IMG/VR virus record: IMGVR_UViG_3300044825_002278
Span: 1 to 64,000 of that record
Origin: a virus
Direction: 5' to 3' (one strand)
Length of the DNA stretch: 64,000 bases
Every line of letters begins with the position of its first letter. Positions within the stretch are counted from its first letter, which is position 1. The translations under genes were made by a program, and so were the position numbers. Below, piece after piece: positions 54,913 to 64,000 of the stretch. The notes beneath the pieces are model-generated. The model saw only the letters and a list, made by a program, of their open reading frames with translations, searched no databases and was not told the origin of the DNA.

Positions 54913-55932
54913 ATGTTATGCACCTACGTTCGCTCATCAAGCTATAATAACTATGACTATTGCGAGATGCAGTACTTCATTACTTATGTACTTGGACATA
55001 CGTCAAGTTCTAATAAAAAAGCCCAACTAGGAACAATTGTCCATAAAGTAATGGAGTGTTTAGCGTCTTGCAAAAAACAACTTCAAGATAATCCAAATGA
55101 AAAAAGTTTGTTTGTAAATGATGATGCCTTGGGTAAAATAAATTTTACTCCAAAAACTCTATTTACAAAAGGTTTTGTATTTAAGCTTTTAGATCAAAGT
55201 TATGAATATTATACATCGAATTGCACCCATAATTACATACCGGCAGATAAAAAGTTTTGTCGTGAATTAACTGATAGCGCTTTGAATTATAATGACGGAC
55301 AATTTGACCCTAGAAATAGAAAAATCATAGATGCCGAACCGCGTTTTGATATACCAATAAACAAAGACTGGGCTAAATTTAAATATATGATTGGCGGTCA
55401 AGAAGTTGAGGGTCAATTAGCAATAAAGGGAACAATCGATCTTGTTACCGAAATTGAAGATGGCATTATAGAAGTTATAGATTGGAAAACTGGACAAAGA
55501 AAAAATTGGGCTACCGGAGAAGAAAAAACTTACGAAAAACTAATTGACGATCCTCAGCTTTTATTGTATAATTACGCTATCTCTCAACTTTATCCAAACT
55601 ACGAACAAGCGATAATGTCGATATTCTTTATACGAGATGGCGGTCCATTTAGCTTGTGTTTCGATAAATCAGACCAAGAAAGATTCTTGGAAATGTTAGA
55701 AAAAAGATTTACAGAAATAAAAAATAATACAAAACCAAAACCATGTTCAGCAAATAGAACAAATTTCAAATGTACCAAGCTATGCGACTTTTACAAAAAG
55801 ACTTGGCCGGGAACAAATGTTTCAATGTGTGAACATGTTGAAGAACATTTAAAAACTTTTGGTCATGATGCAACAGTGGAGAAATGTACAAAAGATGGAC
55901 ACAATATCGGATATTACCAAGCGCCGGGATAA
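54913..55932 (+). CDS. Cas4/AddB-like PD-(D/E)XK exonuclease
   Basis: N-terminal Cys, GTIVH, E..F, KGTIDL..IDWKTG, QL.LY, C-terminal Cys cluster. Confidence 0.82.
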   Translation: MLCTYVRSSSYNNYDYCEMQYFITYVLGHTSSSNKKAQLGTIVHKVMECLASCKKQLQDNPNEKSLFVNDDALGKINFTPKTLFTKGFVFKLLDQSYEYYTSNCTHNYIPADKKFCRELTDSALNYNDGQFDPRNRKIIDAEPRFDIPINKDWAKFKYMIGGQEVEGQLAIKGTIDLVTEIEDGIIEVIDWKTGQRKNWATGEEKTYEKLIDDPQLLLYNYAISQLYPNYEQAIMSIFFIRDGGPFSLCFDKSDQERFLEMLEKRFTEIKNNTKPKPCSANRTNFKCTKLCDFYKKTWPGTNVSMCEHVEEHLKTFGHDATVEKCTKDGHNIGYYQAPG

Positions 55933-56677
55933 GATAGTTTTATTAATCGAATTTTTTAAATCAGAATTTGAGGAAAGAAATAAAGAGTTCTTAGAAGCTC
56001 TAAGAAGAAATATAGACTGCGAGCATATTCACAAGATTGTTTTATTTTATGAAAATAGTCTTGATGAATATCCAGATATTCCATATAGCCCAAAAGTAGA
56101 AATAGCATATACCAAAAAGAGAATGACTTTTGGTGATTATTTTACTTACTGCAACAATAAGCTTAATAGTAACATTTACATTGTGGCGAACAGTGACATA
56201 TATTTTGATGATTCAATAAAGCATGTTTGTTCGATGGGCGAAAATGACTTTTTATGCATCACTAGGTGGAATAATGGTATTTTACAAGGACATGCCGCTT
56301 ATTCTCAGGACGTATGGGTTTTTAGAAAAAAAATACCAGATAACATGATGCGTTATTGCGATTTTCAGCTTGGTAAACAACAATGTGACAACAGAGTTGC
56401 TTTTCTAGCGATGAGAAGCGGGTTTAACATAATTAATCCATGCTATTTAGTTAAATGTCATCATTTACACAAAGATCCAAATAAAATAACTTACAAGAAA
56501 GATGATTTTCATAAAGACCTTGCGAGATTGTCGTCTATAGAGCCAACCGATAGAATTGAATATGAACCAAACAATGTTTGTGGTTTTATTGGTAACTTTT
56601 TTGGAAATAAATATATTGAATTTTTTAGGAATGAATTGAATGAGTTGGAATCCAATAAATTGCAAAACACACTTTAG
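55859..56677 (+). CDS. Glycosyltransferase-like protein
   Basis: IVANSDIYFD, SQDVWVF, CDNR, HLH; start uncertain. Confidence 0.55.
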   Translation: MVMMQQWRNVQKMDTISDITKRRDKIVLLIEFFKSEFEERNKEFLEALRRNIDCEHIHKIVLFYENSLDEYPDIPYSPKVEIAYTKKRMTFGDYFTYCNNKLNSNIYIVANSDIYFDDSIKHVCSMGENDFLCITRWNNGILQGHAAYSQDVWVFRKKIPDNMMRYCDFQLGKQQCDNRVAFLAMRSGFNIINPCYLVKCHHLHKDPNKITYKKDDFHKDLARLSSIEPTDRIEYEPNNVCGFIGNFFGNKYIEFFRNELNELESNKLQNTL

Positions 56678-58214
56678 TTTACAGCATGGGTTTTGTAAAC
56701 CAGATAAATTAGCCAAGAAATGCTCTGACTATGGTTATCAAGCCTGTGGAATAGCAGATTTTGGAACGCTTTCTGGAGCTGTAGATTTCCATCAAAGTTG
56801 TACAAAACATGGAATCAAACCGATTATTGGTTGTGAATTCGATGGTTATATTCTTTATGCAAAAAACAAAGACGGTTGGTTTGATTTGGTTAAATATGTT
56901 TCAAATCAAAATCTTGAAGTGTTGAAAGAAATAGCAAAGAATGGAAACGTGCTTTGCGTTACTCCATCTGTAAATGGATTTGCTAATTTGTTTAAAAGTA
57001 ATCATATACAGATGGACTACTCAGACGAAGCTATTTATTATGTTGAAAAAGATGACGCTGATTGTCACCGTATTATGCTATGCGGAAAGTTAAAAACTAC
57101 ACTGAAAAAAGTGAAGAATATTGAAAACAATGAATATCAACAGTTCTTTGACGGTAACGATAGATGGTATCTTCCATCGCAGGAAGAGTCAAACAAAACC
57201 AGTAGTATTGATAAGCTGGTAAATGTCTGTGAAGCTTATGAACTTGCTGGCCCTCCAATGTTGCCAAACTTTGAATGTCCAATTGGTTATGATGAAGATC
57301 AATACCTAACCGAGCTGTGTCGAGTTGGGTGGAAAAAGAAACTTGTTCCGTGTAATAAAGTATCTACAGAAGAACAAAAAAACATTTATGCAGAAAGAGT
57401 CAAACACGAACTCAAAGTTATATTCAAGGCAAAACTTTCTGGTTATTTCTTGATCGTTCAAGACATTATCAAATGGGTCAAATCAAAAGGCTGGCTTGCT
57501 GGTCCCGGACGAGGCAGCGCTGCTGGGTGTCTGATTTCTTATCTGCTTGACATTACCGAAGTTGATCCAATAGAATATGATTTAATTTTCGAGCGTTTTT
57601 ATAATGAAGGAAGAAACACAGAAGGCAATGTTGCAATTCCAGATATAGATATGGATGTGCCAGCGGAACATCGCGACGAAGTTATAGATTATATCAAACA
57701 AAAATATGGCGAATCCAATGTGTCTCAAATGATTACATTTGGGCGTTTACAGGGAAGAGCCGCAGTAAAAGAGGTTTTGAGAATCAATGAAGCTGTGTCA
57801 TTTGCAGAAATGAATGCTATAACAGATAGTATTCCAGATGAAGCTAAAATTTCTGATCAGTTAGAGCTTATGGAAGATAAGTCAATTATCAAATGGGCTT
57901 TGGAAAATGAACCAGATAATTTAAGAAATTGGTGTTTTTATAACGATAATAATGAACTTGATGGGCCACTAGCCAATTTGTTTCAACAAGCAATTAAAAT
58001 AGAAGGAACAAACAAATCCCAAGGAAAACATCCCGCTGGAGTTATTATATCAAAACATAAGCTCAACGAGGTTTGTCCGATGACAAACGATAAATCTGGA
58101 GATCCTGTTGTTGCTTTTGAAATGAATGCTCTTGAATATCAAGGTCATATAAAATTTGACGTTTTAGGAATTGATTTACTGTCTAAGATAATGGAGATTT
58201 GCGATGAAGAATGA
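56640..58214 (+). CDS. dnaE: DNA polymerase III alpha, N-terminal part (PHP and palm)
   Basis: HFSL..G, KPIIGCE, GPGRGSAAG, FERF, PDIDMD, HPAGV, KFDVLG. Confidence 0.92.
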   Translation: MSWNPINCKTHFSLQHGFCKPDKLAKKCSDYGYQACGIADFGTLSGAVDFHQSCTKHGIKPIIGCEFDGYILYAKNKDGWFDLVKYVSNQNLEVLKEIAKNGNVLCVTPSVNGFANLFKSNHIQMDYSDEAIYYVEKDDADCHRIMLCGKLKTTLKKVKNIENNEYQQFFDGNDRWYLPSQEESNKTSSIDKLVNVCEAYELAGPPMLPNFECPIGYDEDQYLTELCRVGWKKKLVPCNKVSTEEQKNIYAERVKHELKVIFKAKLSGYFLIVQDIIKWVKSKGWLAGPGRGSAAGCLISYLLDITEVDPIEYDLIFERFYNEGRNTEGNVAIPDIDMDVPAEHRDEVIDYIKQKYGESNVSQMITFGRLQGRAAVKEVLRINEAVSFAEMNAITDSIPDEAKISDQLELMEDKSIIKWALENEPDNLRNWCFYNDNNELDGPLANLFQQAIKIEGTNKSQGKHPAGVIISKHKLNEVCPMTNDKSGDPVVAFEMNALEYQGHIKFDVLGIDLLSKIMEICDEE

Positions 58215-58431
58215 AGACGTTTACAAGGCTGTTATATTTGACGGCGCTTTTGTTGAGGCTAACGGTGTTTCTTTGTGTAATTTAGAAGACGCAATACGTG
58301 GTAACTCGTTTATACCAAGAGCAAAATACCAAGTATGGTCCGATAGACATAAGTATCATCAGTTGTTTTTTAACATCGATGATGCTGTAGCGACATTTTT
58401 GGAACTCAAATCAAAGAAAAATTGGAATTAG
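58204..58431 (+). CDS. Hypothetical protein
   Basis: GGAG RBS, overlaps the dnaE-N stop. Confidence 0.55.
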   Translation: MKNEDVYKAVIFDGAFVEANGVSLCNLEDAIRGNSFIPRAKYQVWSDRHKYHQLFFNIDDAVATFLELKSKKNWN

Positions 58432-58432
58432 T

Positions 58433-58873
58433 ATGGAAGCACAAATATCAAACGGAGAACTAGTTGATAAAATAACTATTCTTGATATCAAGTCACGACG
58501 AATAAAAGATACTGTAAAAGTAGACAATGTAATCCAAGAAATGGATTCATTGATGCTTAAATCAGCAGCGTGGTGGAAGTATTGGGAATCTGAAATTTTT
58601 CTTTTATTCAAGCAATTGCTTGATGTTAATGAAAGGTTGTGGGACATTGAAGATAAAATACGTCAACTAGATAAAGAAGTATTTCCATTAGAACAATACG
58701 GAGATGCTTCATCGATACCATTTTTACCATATTATTTTCTTCCTGCTAAAGTTTGCGAGTATATGGAATGCGCAAGAATGGTTTATACATTAAATGACGA
58801 ACGATCTAAAATTAAACGTGAGATAAACGAGATCACAAGATCAAATATAATAGAAGAAAAATCTCACTCTTAA
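58433..58873 (+). CDS. DUF6165-like protein
   Basis: ISNGELVDKITIL.IK..VN..LWDIED.IR..ARMVY.LNDER..IK..IN..EEK. Confidence 0.75.
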   Translation: MEAQISNGELVDKITILDIKSRRIKDTVKVDNVIQEMDSLMLKSAAWWKYWESEIFLLFKQLLDVNERLWDIEDKIRQLDKEVFPLEQYGDASSIPFLPYYFLPAKVCEYMECARMVYTLNDERSKIKREINEITRSNIIEEKSHS

Positions 58874-58885
58874 CAAGGTAAAAAC

Positions 58886-59572
58886 ATGAATAATAGAGAT
58901 ATTATAGTATTCGATTTTGAAACCACTGGTCGTAATCCATTAAAGTGTCAACCAACACAGATTGCCGCTGTGGCTATTCATGCAAGAAAACTTACAATAC
59001 AACCCGGAGGAATATTTGAAAGCAACATACGATGCATTGTAGACGATGAAAAAGCTATAGCTGCTGGTTTTGATCCTGTTGAAGATGGCGCTCTGGAAGT
59101 AACTAGAAAAACAAGAGATCAAATATCCAAAGGGCCGTCGCCAAAAGTAGTCTGGCAAAAGTTTGCTCAGTTTTGCGATAAGTTCAATTTCAATAAAACT
59201 CCATTTTCAGCGCCAATTGCGGCAGGGTACAATATCAATAGTTATGATATGCCGATTGTACAACGCATGTGCGAAATGTATGGACCAACAGATGAAAAAA
59301 CTGGTCGCCAAAAACTATTTAATCCTATCTTTTCAATGGATCTTATGCAGCATATTTATTGTTGGTTTGAAAATAATTCCGATGTTAAGGGCTATAGTAT
59401 GGATTATATGCGCGATTATTTTGGAATGTCAAAAGAAAAATCTCATGACGCATTGCAAGATGTGAAAGATACGGCTAATATACTAATAAGGTTTCTTGTT
59501 ATGCAAAGAAACTTGTCCAAGAAGATTAAATTTGAAAAAGCTTTTGCGAACGGCGAATTGTATATAAAGTAG
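58886..59572 (+). CDS. dnaQ: DEDDh 3'-5' exonuclease (DnaQ/epsilon-like)
   Basis: FDFETTG, GYN..YD, HDALQD. Confidence 0.85.
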   Translation: MNNRDIIVFDFETTGRNPLKCQPTQIAAVAIHARKLTIQPGGIFESNIRCIVDDEKAIAAGFDPVEDGALEVTRKTRDQISKGPSPKVVWQKFAQFCDKFNFNKTPFSAPIAAGYNINSYDMPIVQRMCEMYGPTDEKTGRQKLFNPIFSMDLMQHIYCWFENNSDVKGYSMDYMRDYFGMSKEKSHDALQDVKDTANILIRFLVMQRNLSKKIKFEKAFANGELYIK

Positions 59573-59580
59573 GAATTTGA

Positions 59581-61140
59581 ATGTTCGATATCAATAATTT
59601 TGACGACCCCGAAGTTTGGGATTTAATTTGCGAAGGTGATACCAAGGGTATATTCCAGTTGGAATCTAATCTTGGTAAACATTGGGCTAAAGAAACTAAA
59701 CCTAGAAACATCAAAGAACTAGCCGCTTTGATTAGCCTTATTCGTCCGGGTACGCTTTTAGCTAGAGATGCCAATGGCAAAAGCATGACTCAAGTTTATG
59801 CAGATAGAAAAGGTGGCAAACCAAATTCGCCAGTTGAATACCTCCATGAATCTCTTGAGCCAATATTGAAAGAAACTTACGGTGTGTTGGTATATCAAGA
59901 ACAATCCATGATGATTGCCCAAAAATTAGCTGGTTTCGATCTTAAAGAAGCCGATGCGTTGCGTAAGGCTATTGGCAAAAAGAAAGCAGACCTTATGGAG
60001 AAAGTCAAAAGGGCATTCTTAGAGGGAACTGAAAAACAAGGTATTGTATCAAAAGAAATTGCAGAAGAACTTTTTTCGTGGATTGAAAAATCTAACCGTT
60101 ATGCATTCAACAAATCGCACGCGATTTCTTATGCAATCAATGCTTATTGGTCTGCTTATTGCAAAACATATAGAAGAAAGAAGTTTTACGAGAAGTATCT
60201 GAATAGGGCCGATAGAAAGCCAGCTCCAGACATTGAGAAAAAACAACTGATTATGGATGCAAGACGTTTTGGTATTGAAGTTTTGCCACCAAGGTTACAA
60301 CATTTACATAAAGATTTTACAAGACACCCAGAAAAAGACATAGTTTACTACGGGCTTGCTCATATAAAACATGTGGCCGAAAAAGAGTCTGAAAAACTTT
60401 CCAGTCTTACAAATGTAGAAAATTACAATTGGATGGATTGTTTGATAAACATTATTTACGAACTTGGAATCAATAAAAGCGCGACCGTGGCGTTTATATC
60501 GGTTGGGGCATTCAATGGTCCAAACAATCGTATAAGCAGGCAAAAGATGCTTTATGAGTTTGATAGCTGGCGACAATTGACTCAAAAAGAACAAGATGCC
60601 ATAGCAATATCGTACAATTCTGATGCTAATAAACCAAAAGATTTATATGAAGCGATGCAAAAATTAACTTCCACAGTAAAAATAAATGCTAGAAGGCTTC
60701 AATCAATAGAAGATATCAAACAGTCTTTAAAAAATCCGTTTTATGATATCGAAGATAAATTCGAGACGATAGCAATCGATGAAGAAAAATATATGAGTTG
60801 TTCTTTGACTTGCAGCAAGGTTGATGGATTAGAGATAAATACTACGATAAATATGTGTCAAGAAGTATCTAGCAAGTCTATAATAGGTAAAGTGAGTCTT
60901 GCTATTGAAATTGTGCGCATTAAAATTGTAAAGACTAAAAAGGGTAAAACTCCCGGCCAAGAAATGGCCTTTCTTACTGTAGAAGATGGAAGCGGCTCAT
61001 TGGATTCAATAACCGTATTCCCAGAAGCTTATGACAAATATAAAGACTTGCTTGTAGAAAATAATACTGTTCTTTTGATTGGCGAAATATCTAAAAAAGA
61101 CAAAGGATCTGTAATCGTCAATCAAGTATCACAAATTTGA
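59581..61140 (+). CDS. dnaE: DNA polymerase III alpha, C-terminal part (fingers, HhH, OB)
   Basis: DDPEVW..GDTKGIFQLES, LIRPG, ETYGVLVYQEQ, YAFNKSHA, MAFLTVED. Confidence 0.92.
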   Translation: MFDINNFDDPEVWDLICEGDTKGIFQLESNLGKHWAKETKPRNIKELAALISLIRPGTLLARDANGKSMTQVYADRKGGKPNSPVEYLHESLEPILKETYGVLVYQEQSMMIAQKLAGFDLKEADALRKAIGKKKADLMEKVKRAFLEGTEKQGIVSKEIAEELFSWIEKSNRYAFNKSHAISYAINAYWSAYCKTYRRKKFYEKYLNRADRKPAPDIEKKQLIMDARRFGIEVLPPRLQHLHKDFTRHPEKDIVYYGLAHIKHVAEKESEKLSSLTNVENYNWMDCLINIIYELGINKSATVAFISVGAFNGPNNRISRQKMLYEFDSWRQLTQKEQDAIAISYNSDANKPKDLYEAMQKLTSTVKINARRLQSIEDIKQSLKNPFYDIEDKFETIAIDEEKYMSCSLTCSKVDGLEINTTINMCQEVSSKSIIGKVSLAIEIVRIKIVKTKKGKTPGQEMAFLTVEDGSGSLDSITVFPEAYDKYKDLLVENNTVLLIGEISKKDKGSVIVNQVSQI

Positions 61141-61150
61141 AAGGTAAAAT

Positions 61151-61483
61151 GTGAATAAATGTCATTTTTTAGGAAAGCTAACCTGCGATCCTAAAGTTAA
61201 AAAAGAAAATAATGTTCCGGTAATAAATTTTGAATTAGAAATAGAAGAGTTTAGAAAAGACAACAATAAAGAAAAGGTAAGGTCTTTAACTTATTTGAAT
61301 TTCGAGGCATGGGATACGGCAGCAGAGGCAATTGAAAAGTATGCCAAAAAAGGAAGTTTGATGGCCATCGAATCTGTAGCGAGAAATTATTTTTATGAAG
61401 ACCCGCATGATCCAGAAGCAGATGAAATAACTGAAACTTATTTTAGGGTAACTAATTTTAAAATACTCGGAATAGGAATATGA
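61151..61483 (+). CDS. Second SSB-like OB-fold protein
   Basis: NKCHFLGKL..DP, EAWD..AE...KKGS. Confidence 0.7.
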   Translation: MNKCHFLGKLTCDPKVKKENNVPVINFELEIEEFRKDNNKEKVRSLTYLNFEAWDTAAEAIEKYAKKGSLMAIESVARNYFYEDPHDPEADEITETYFRVTNFKILGIGI

Positions 61484-63114
61484 GAAAAAAAAGAATACTT
61501 TGGGTAAACGATGCCTCATGGAAAGGCACTGGTTATGCTGTTTATTCTAATGAAGTACTATCTAGACTTAATAAAGTTGAAGATTTTGAAGTGGCTGAAA
61601 TAGCTTGTTATGCAGACAAAAACGATCCGCATATCAAAGATGTTCCTTGGAAGGTTTACGCCAATAGACCATTAGAAACTGATCCAAATTTTGAAAACTA
61701 TGTCAAAAATCCAAGTTTAATTTTTGGCGAGAATGTTTTTAATGAAGTTCTTTTGGATTTTATGCCGGATATAGTTATGGATATACGCGATTGGTGGATG
61801 TTTGAATACCAGCAGCGTTCGCCATTCAGGGAATTTTTTCACTGGTCAATAATGCCAGCGGTAGATGCATCGCCTCAAAATCCGCAATGGATTAATACTT
61901 ATGCTTCAGCCGACAGTGTTTTTGGTTATTGTGAATTTAGTAAAGAAACCCTTGAAAATCAATCTGATAAAATAAATTTCATCGACATAGCGTCTCCTGC
62001 GGCCAATGCAAATGATTTTGTTCCAGTAAAAGATAAAGCGACCCACAAAGACAATATGGGATTAGACGCAAATTCAATTATTGTTGGAACTGTGATGCGA
62101 AATCAACGACGAAAGCTTTACCCAGATTTATTTAAAGCTTTTAGAATGTTTCTGGATGAAACTAAAAACCCAAACGTATTTCTATTCTGCCATAAATATT
62201 ATCCAGATATTGGGTGGGAAACTCCAGCATTGCTTGATATGTTTGGGTTGAGTAATAGAGTTTTGTTTTCTTACAAATGCCAAGAATGTAAACATATTAG
62301 CGTTGACTTCTTTAAAGATTCAGTCACTCATTGCGAAAAATGCAAAAAGTTTTCAAAACGCTTGGTGGGTGTTGATAATACAATGAGCAATGAGGAACTA
62401 AGCAAAATATACAATTTATTTGATGTTTATGTTCAATATGCCAATAGCGAAGGATTTGGTATGCCTCAGCTTGAGGCAGCTTATTGTGGCATTCCGGTTA
62501 TGACCATTTATTATTCAGCAATGAAATCTGTTGCAGACAACATAGGAGCTATTCCTATTTATCCAATAGAATATTCTATGGAATGTGAAACTGGATGCTA
62601 CAGAGCGATACCAAACAATCAACAATTTGTAGAAAAATTGAAAGAAGTTTTAAGCACCGATTTTCGTTCTGCTGGTTTAAAAACAGCGGAGCTTGCCAGA
62701 AAGCATTATAGTTGGGACAAAACTGCAAATGCTTGGATTGATCATTTTAGAACGATACCGCTGAAAGATCATTCTGAAACTTGGCGGTCGCCGCCTAAGA
62801 TATTTGAGCCAGCAACTACTATACCAAGCGAAATAATAGACCTTAAAGATCAAATAAATTACATATTTAGATACGTTCTACACAAACCAGAATGGATTGG
62901 CGGTTACTTCTGGTCTAAAGTTTTAAAAGATATTACTTTTGGATACCGCGTAAGAAACTCAGAAGATGACTATTACTTTAATGAGTCGCATATGCCAGCA
63001 GTTGATAAATACCAAAAGTTTAATTTTGTTATGGCAGTGAACGAACTAACAAATCTTAGAAATCAATGGAATCAATGGGAAAGGCTCAGAAGTGAACATG
63101 TTGCAAGATTTTAG
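61480..63114 (+). CDS. GT4-family glycosyltransferase with an inserted zinc ribbon
   Basis: TGY, RNQRRK, CQEC..CEKC, NSEGFGMPQLEA..CG.P. Confidence 0.85.
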   Translation: MRKKRILWVNDASWKGTGYAVYSNEVLSRLNKVEDFEVAEIACYADKNDPHIKDVPWKVYANRPLETDPNFENYVKNPSLIFGENVFNEVLLDFMPDIVMDIRDWWMFEYQQRSPFREFFHWSIMPAVDASPQNPQWINTYASADSVFGYCEFSKETLENQSDKINFIDIASPAANANDFVPVKDKATHKDNMGLDANSIIVGTVMRNQRRKLYPDLFKAFRMFLDETKNPNVFLFCHKYYPDIGWETPALLDMFGLSNRVLFSYKCQECKHISVDFFKDSVTHCEKCKKFSKRLVGVDNTMSNEELSKIYNLFDVYVQYANSEGFGMPQLEAAYCGIPVMTIYYSAMKSVADNIGAIPIYPIEYSMECETGCYRAIPNNQQFVEKLKEVLSTDFRSAGLKTAELARKHYSWDKTANAWIDHFRTIPLKDHSETWRSPPKIFEPATTIPSEIIDLKDQINYIFRYVLHKPEWIGGYFWSKVLKDITFGYRVRNSEDDYYFNESHMPAVDKYQKFNFVMAVNELTNLRNQWNQWERLRSEHVARF

Positions 63115-63694
63115 TTGGATTATCGATAAAATAAATACTGCAAAGATAGATATAGATAGCAGTGATGTTTTGGTAGACGCTGCATTTGCAAGAGATTCTT
63201 TATTCAAAGAAGTACTTGATTCTTTTGATGGACAATCGGTTAAAGTATTTCAAATAGGAGCAATAGAATCTTTAGAAGATAGATTTCGAGTTGGCTCTGG
63301 TTGGAGCGATATGTTTTGGGGTCTTTATACTAAAAAATATGGCGGCGCAGTTGTTATCGCGGAAATGGATTTAAATCACATAGCAAATTCAAATTTTCTT
63401 GCACAACAATTGGGCTATGAATGTAATTTCATTTTTGGAGATGCTAATAATTTTATTTCCAAAGGATATGACATTTATTATTTAGATGGAGCCGATATAT
63501 CATATGCAGTAGACGCATACGAACAAACTCTAAGTCAATTCAAAAAAATAGAAAATGAAAATTGTGTTGTGCTTGTGGATGATTTACCAAGCAAAGGAAA
63601 GCTTTTATTGGACTACCTAAAAGAAAAGAATATACCATATACAACCCATAACTTTGGTTCTGGAATGGCTAAAATTGATATGAGGTCGAAATGA
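63098..63694 (+). CDS. Methyltransferase-like protein
   Basis: FQIG, YDIYYLDG, VLVDD..KG. Confidence 0.55.
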   Translation: MLQDFSWIIDKINTAKIDIDSSDVLVDAAFARDSLFKEVLDSFDGQSVKVFQIGAIESLEDRFRVGSGWSDMFWGLYTKKYGGAVVIAEMDLNHIANSNFLAQQLGYECNFIFGDANNFISKGYDIYYLDGADISYAVDAYEQTLSQFKKIENENCVVLVDDLPSKGKLLLDYLKEKNIPYTTHNFGSGMAKIDMRSK

Positions 63695-64000
63695 AAATAT
63701 TGTACATAGGTCATTATCGTGATGGAACTGGATGGGGAAATGCTGCGGTAAACAATATTTTAGCATTAGATTCTGTTGGCGTAGAAGTTGTTCCGAGAGC
63801 AATTACATATGAAAGTCAAGATAGACCGTATCCAGATCGTATAAAAGAATTAGAAGACAATTCAGAAATTGGCTGTGATATTGTTATTCAACACACGCTA
63901 CCAAATAATTATTGGTATAATTCTAGCTACAAAAATATTGGATGCCTCACAGCAGAGTCGTCAAATTTTAAATCAACTGGATGGCAAAACTACTGTAATT
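63691..64000 (+). CDS. Glycosyltransferase (GT4-like), truncated by the window end
   Basis: MKILYIGHYRDGTGWGNAA...IQHTLP; open to the end. Confidence 0.65.
   Translation, partial: MKILYIGHYRDGTGWGNAAVNNILALDSVGVEVVPRAITYESQDRPYPDRIKELEDNSEIGCDIVIQHTLPNNYWYNSSYKNIGCLTAESSNFKSTGWQNYCN

Noticed and set aside
54913-55932. Cas4-like gene as evidence of CRISPR-Cas
   Set aside because: Stand-alone in the replication module, as is common in phages; no cas1/cas2 or array in the window
56640-61140. Split intein in dnaE; inteins in nrdA, dnaB or recA
   Set aside because: No C/S-start or HN-C/S/T intein blocks at the junctions; the other proteins are of normal length
3675-63802. Numerous minus-strand and nested ORFs in the track
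   Set aside because: They are shadows of well-supported + strand genes; only 2012-2326, 2349-2717 and 5394-5765 were accepted on the minus strand
1-64000. Alternative genetic code or suppressor tRNA
   Set aside because: Conserved genes are intact in code 11, all three stops are used, and no CTA/TTA/TCA anticodon was seen

Overview
This looks like a 64 kb segment of a large, AT-rich tailed-phage genome. Almost all genes lie on the + strand, tightly packed or overlapping, and no host housekeeping operons are present. The host is probably a planctomycete, inferred from a DUF1559 prepilin-like gene and a secretin-like peptide. Layout: a repeat-rich, largely non-coding block (about 1-3.3 kb); small early-type genes with a GC-rich cassette array (4-13 kb); auxiliary genes (uvsE, UDP-sugar dehydrogenase, guaC, glycosyltransferases), six dispersed tRNAs and a tmRNA; a protease/holin-like block and a phage sigma factor; nucleotide metabolism (nrdAB, thyX, dNMP kinase, MazG-like, phoH); and a replication module (recA, dnaB, dnaG, Cas4-like nuclease, dnaE split into two genes around a DnaQ-like exonuclease, SSBs). 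Four observations stand out. (1) A 118-nt tRNA-shaped RNA has a greatly lengthened anticodon arm whose CCT loop is complementary to its own internal bulge. (2) Three unrelated free-standing homing endonucleases share one architecture: displaced gene stub, TGTGTAT motif, structured leader, nuclease, intact gene. (3) Several early promoters interleave sigma70 and sigma28-like elements. (4) DnaE is split without an intein. All family calls come from motif recognition by eye, not database searches.
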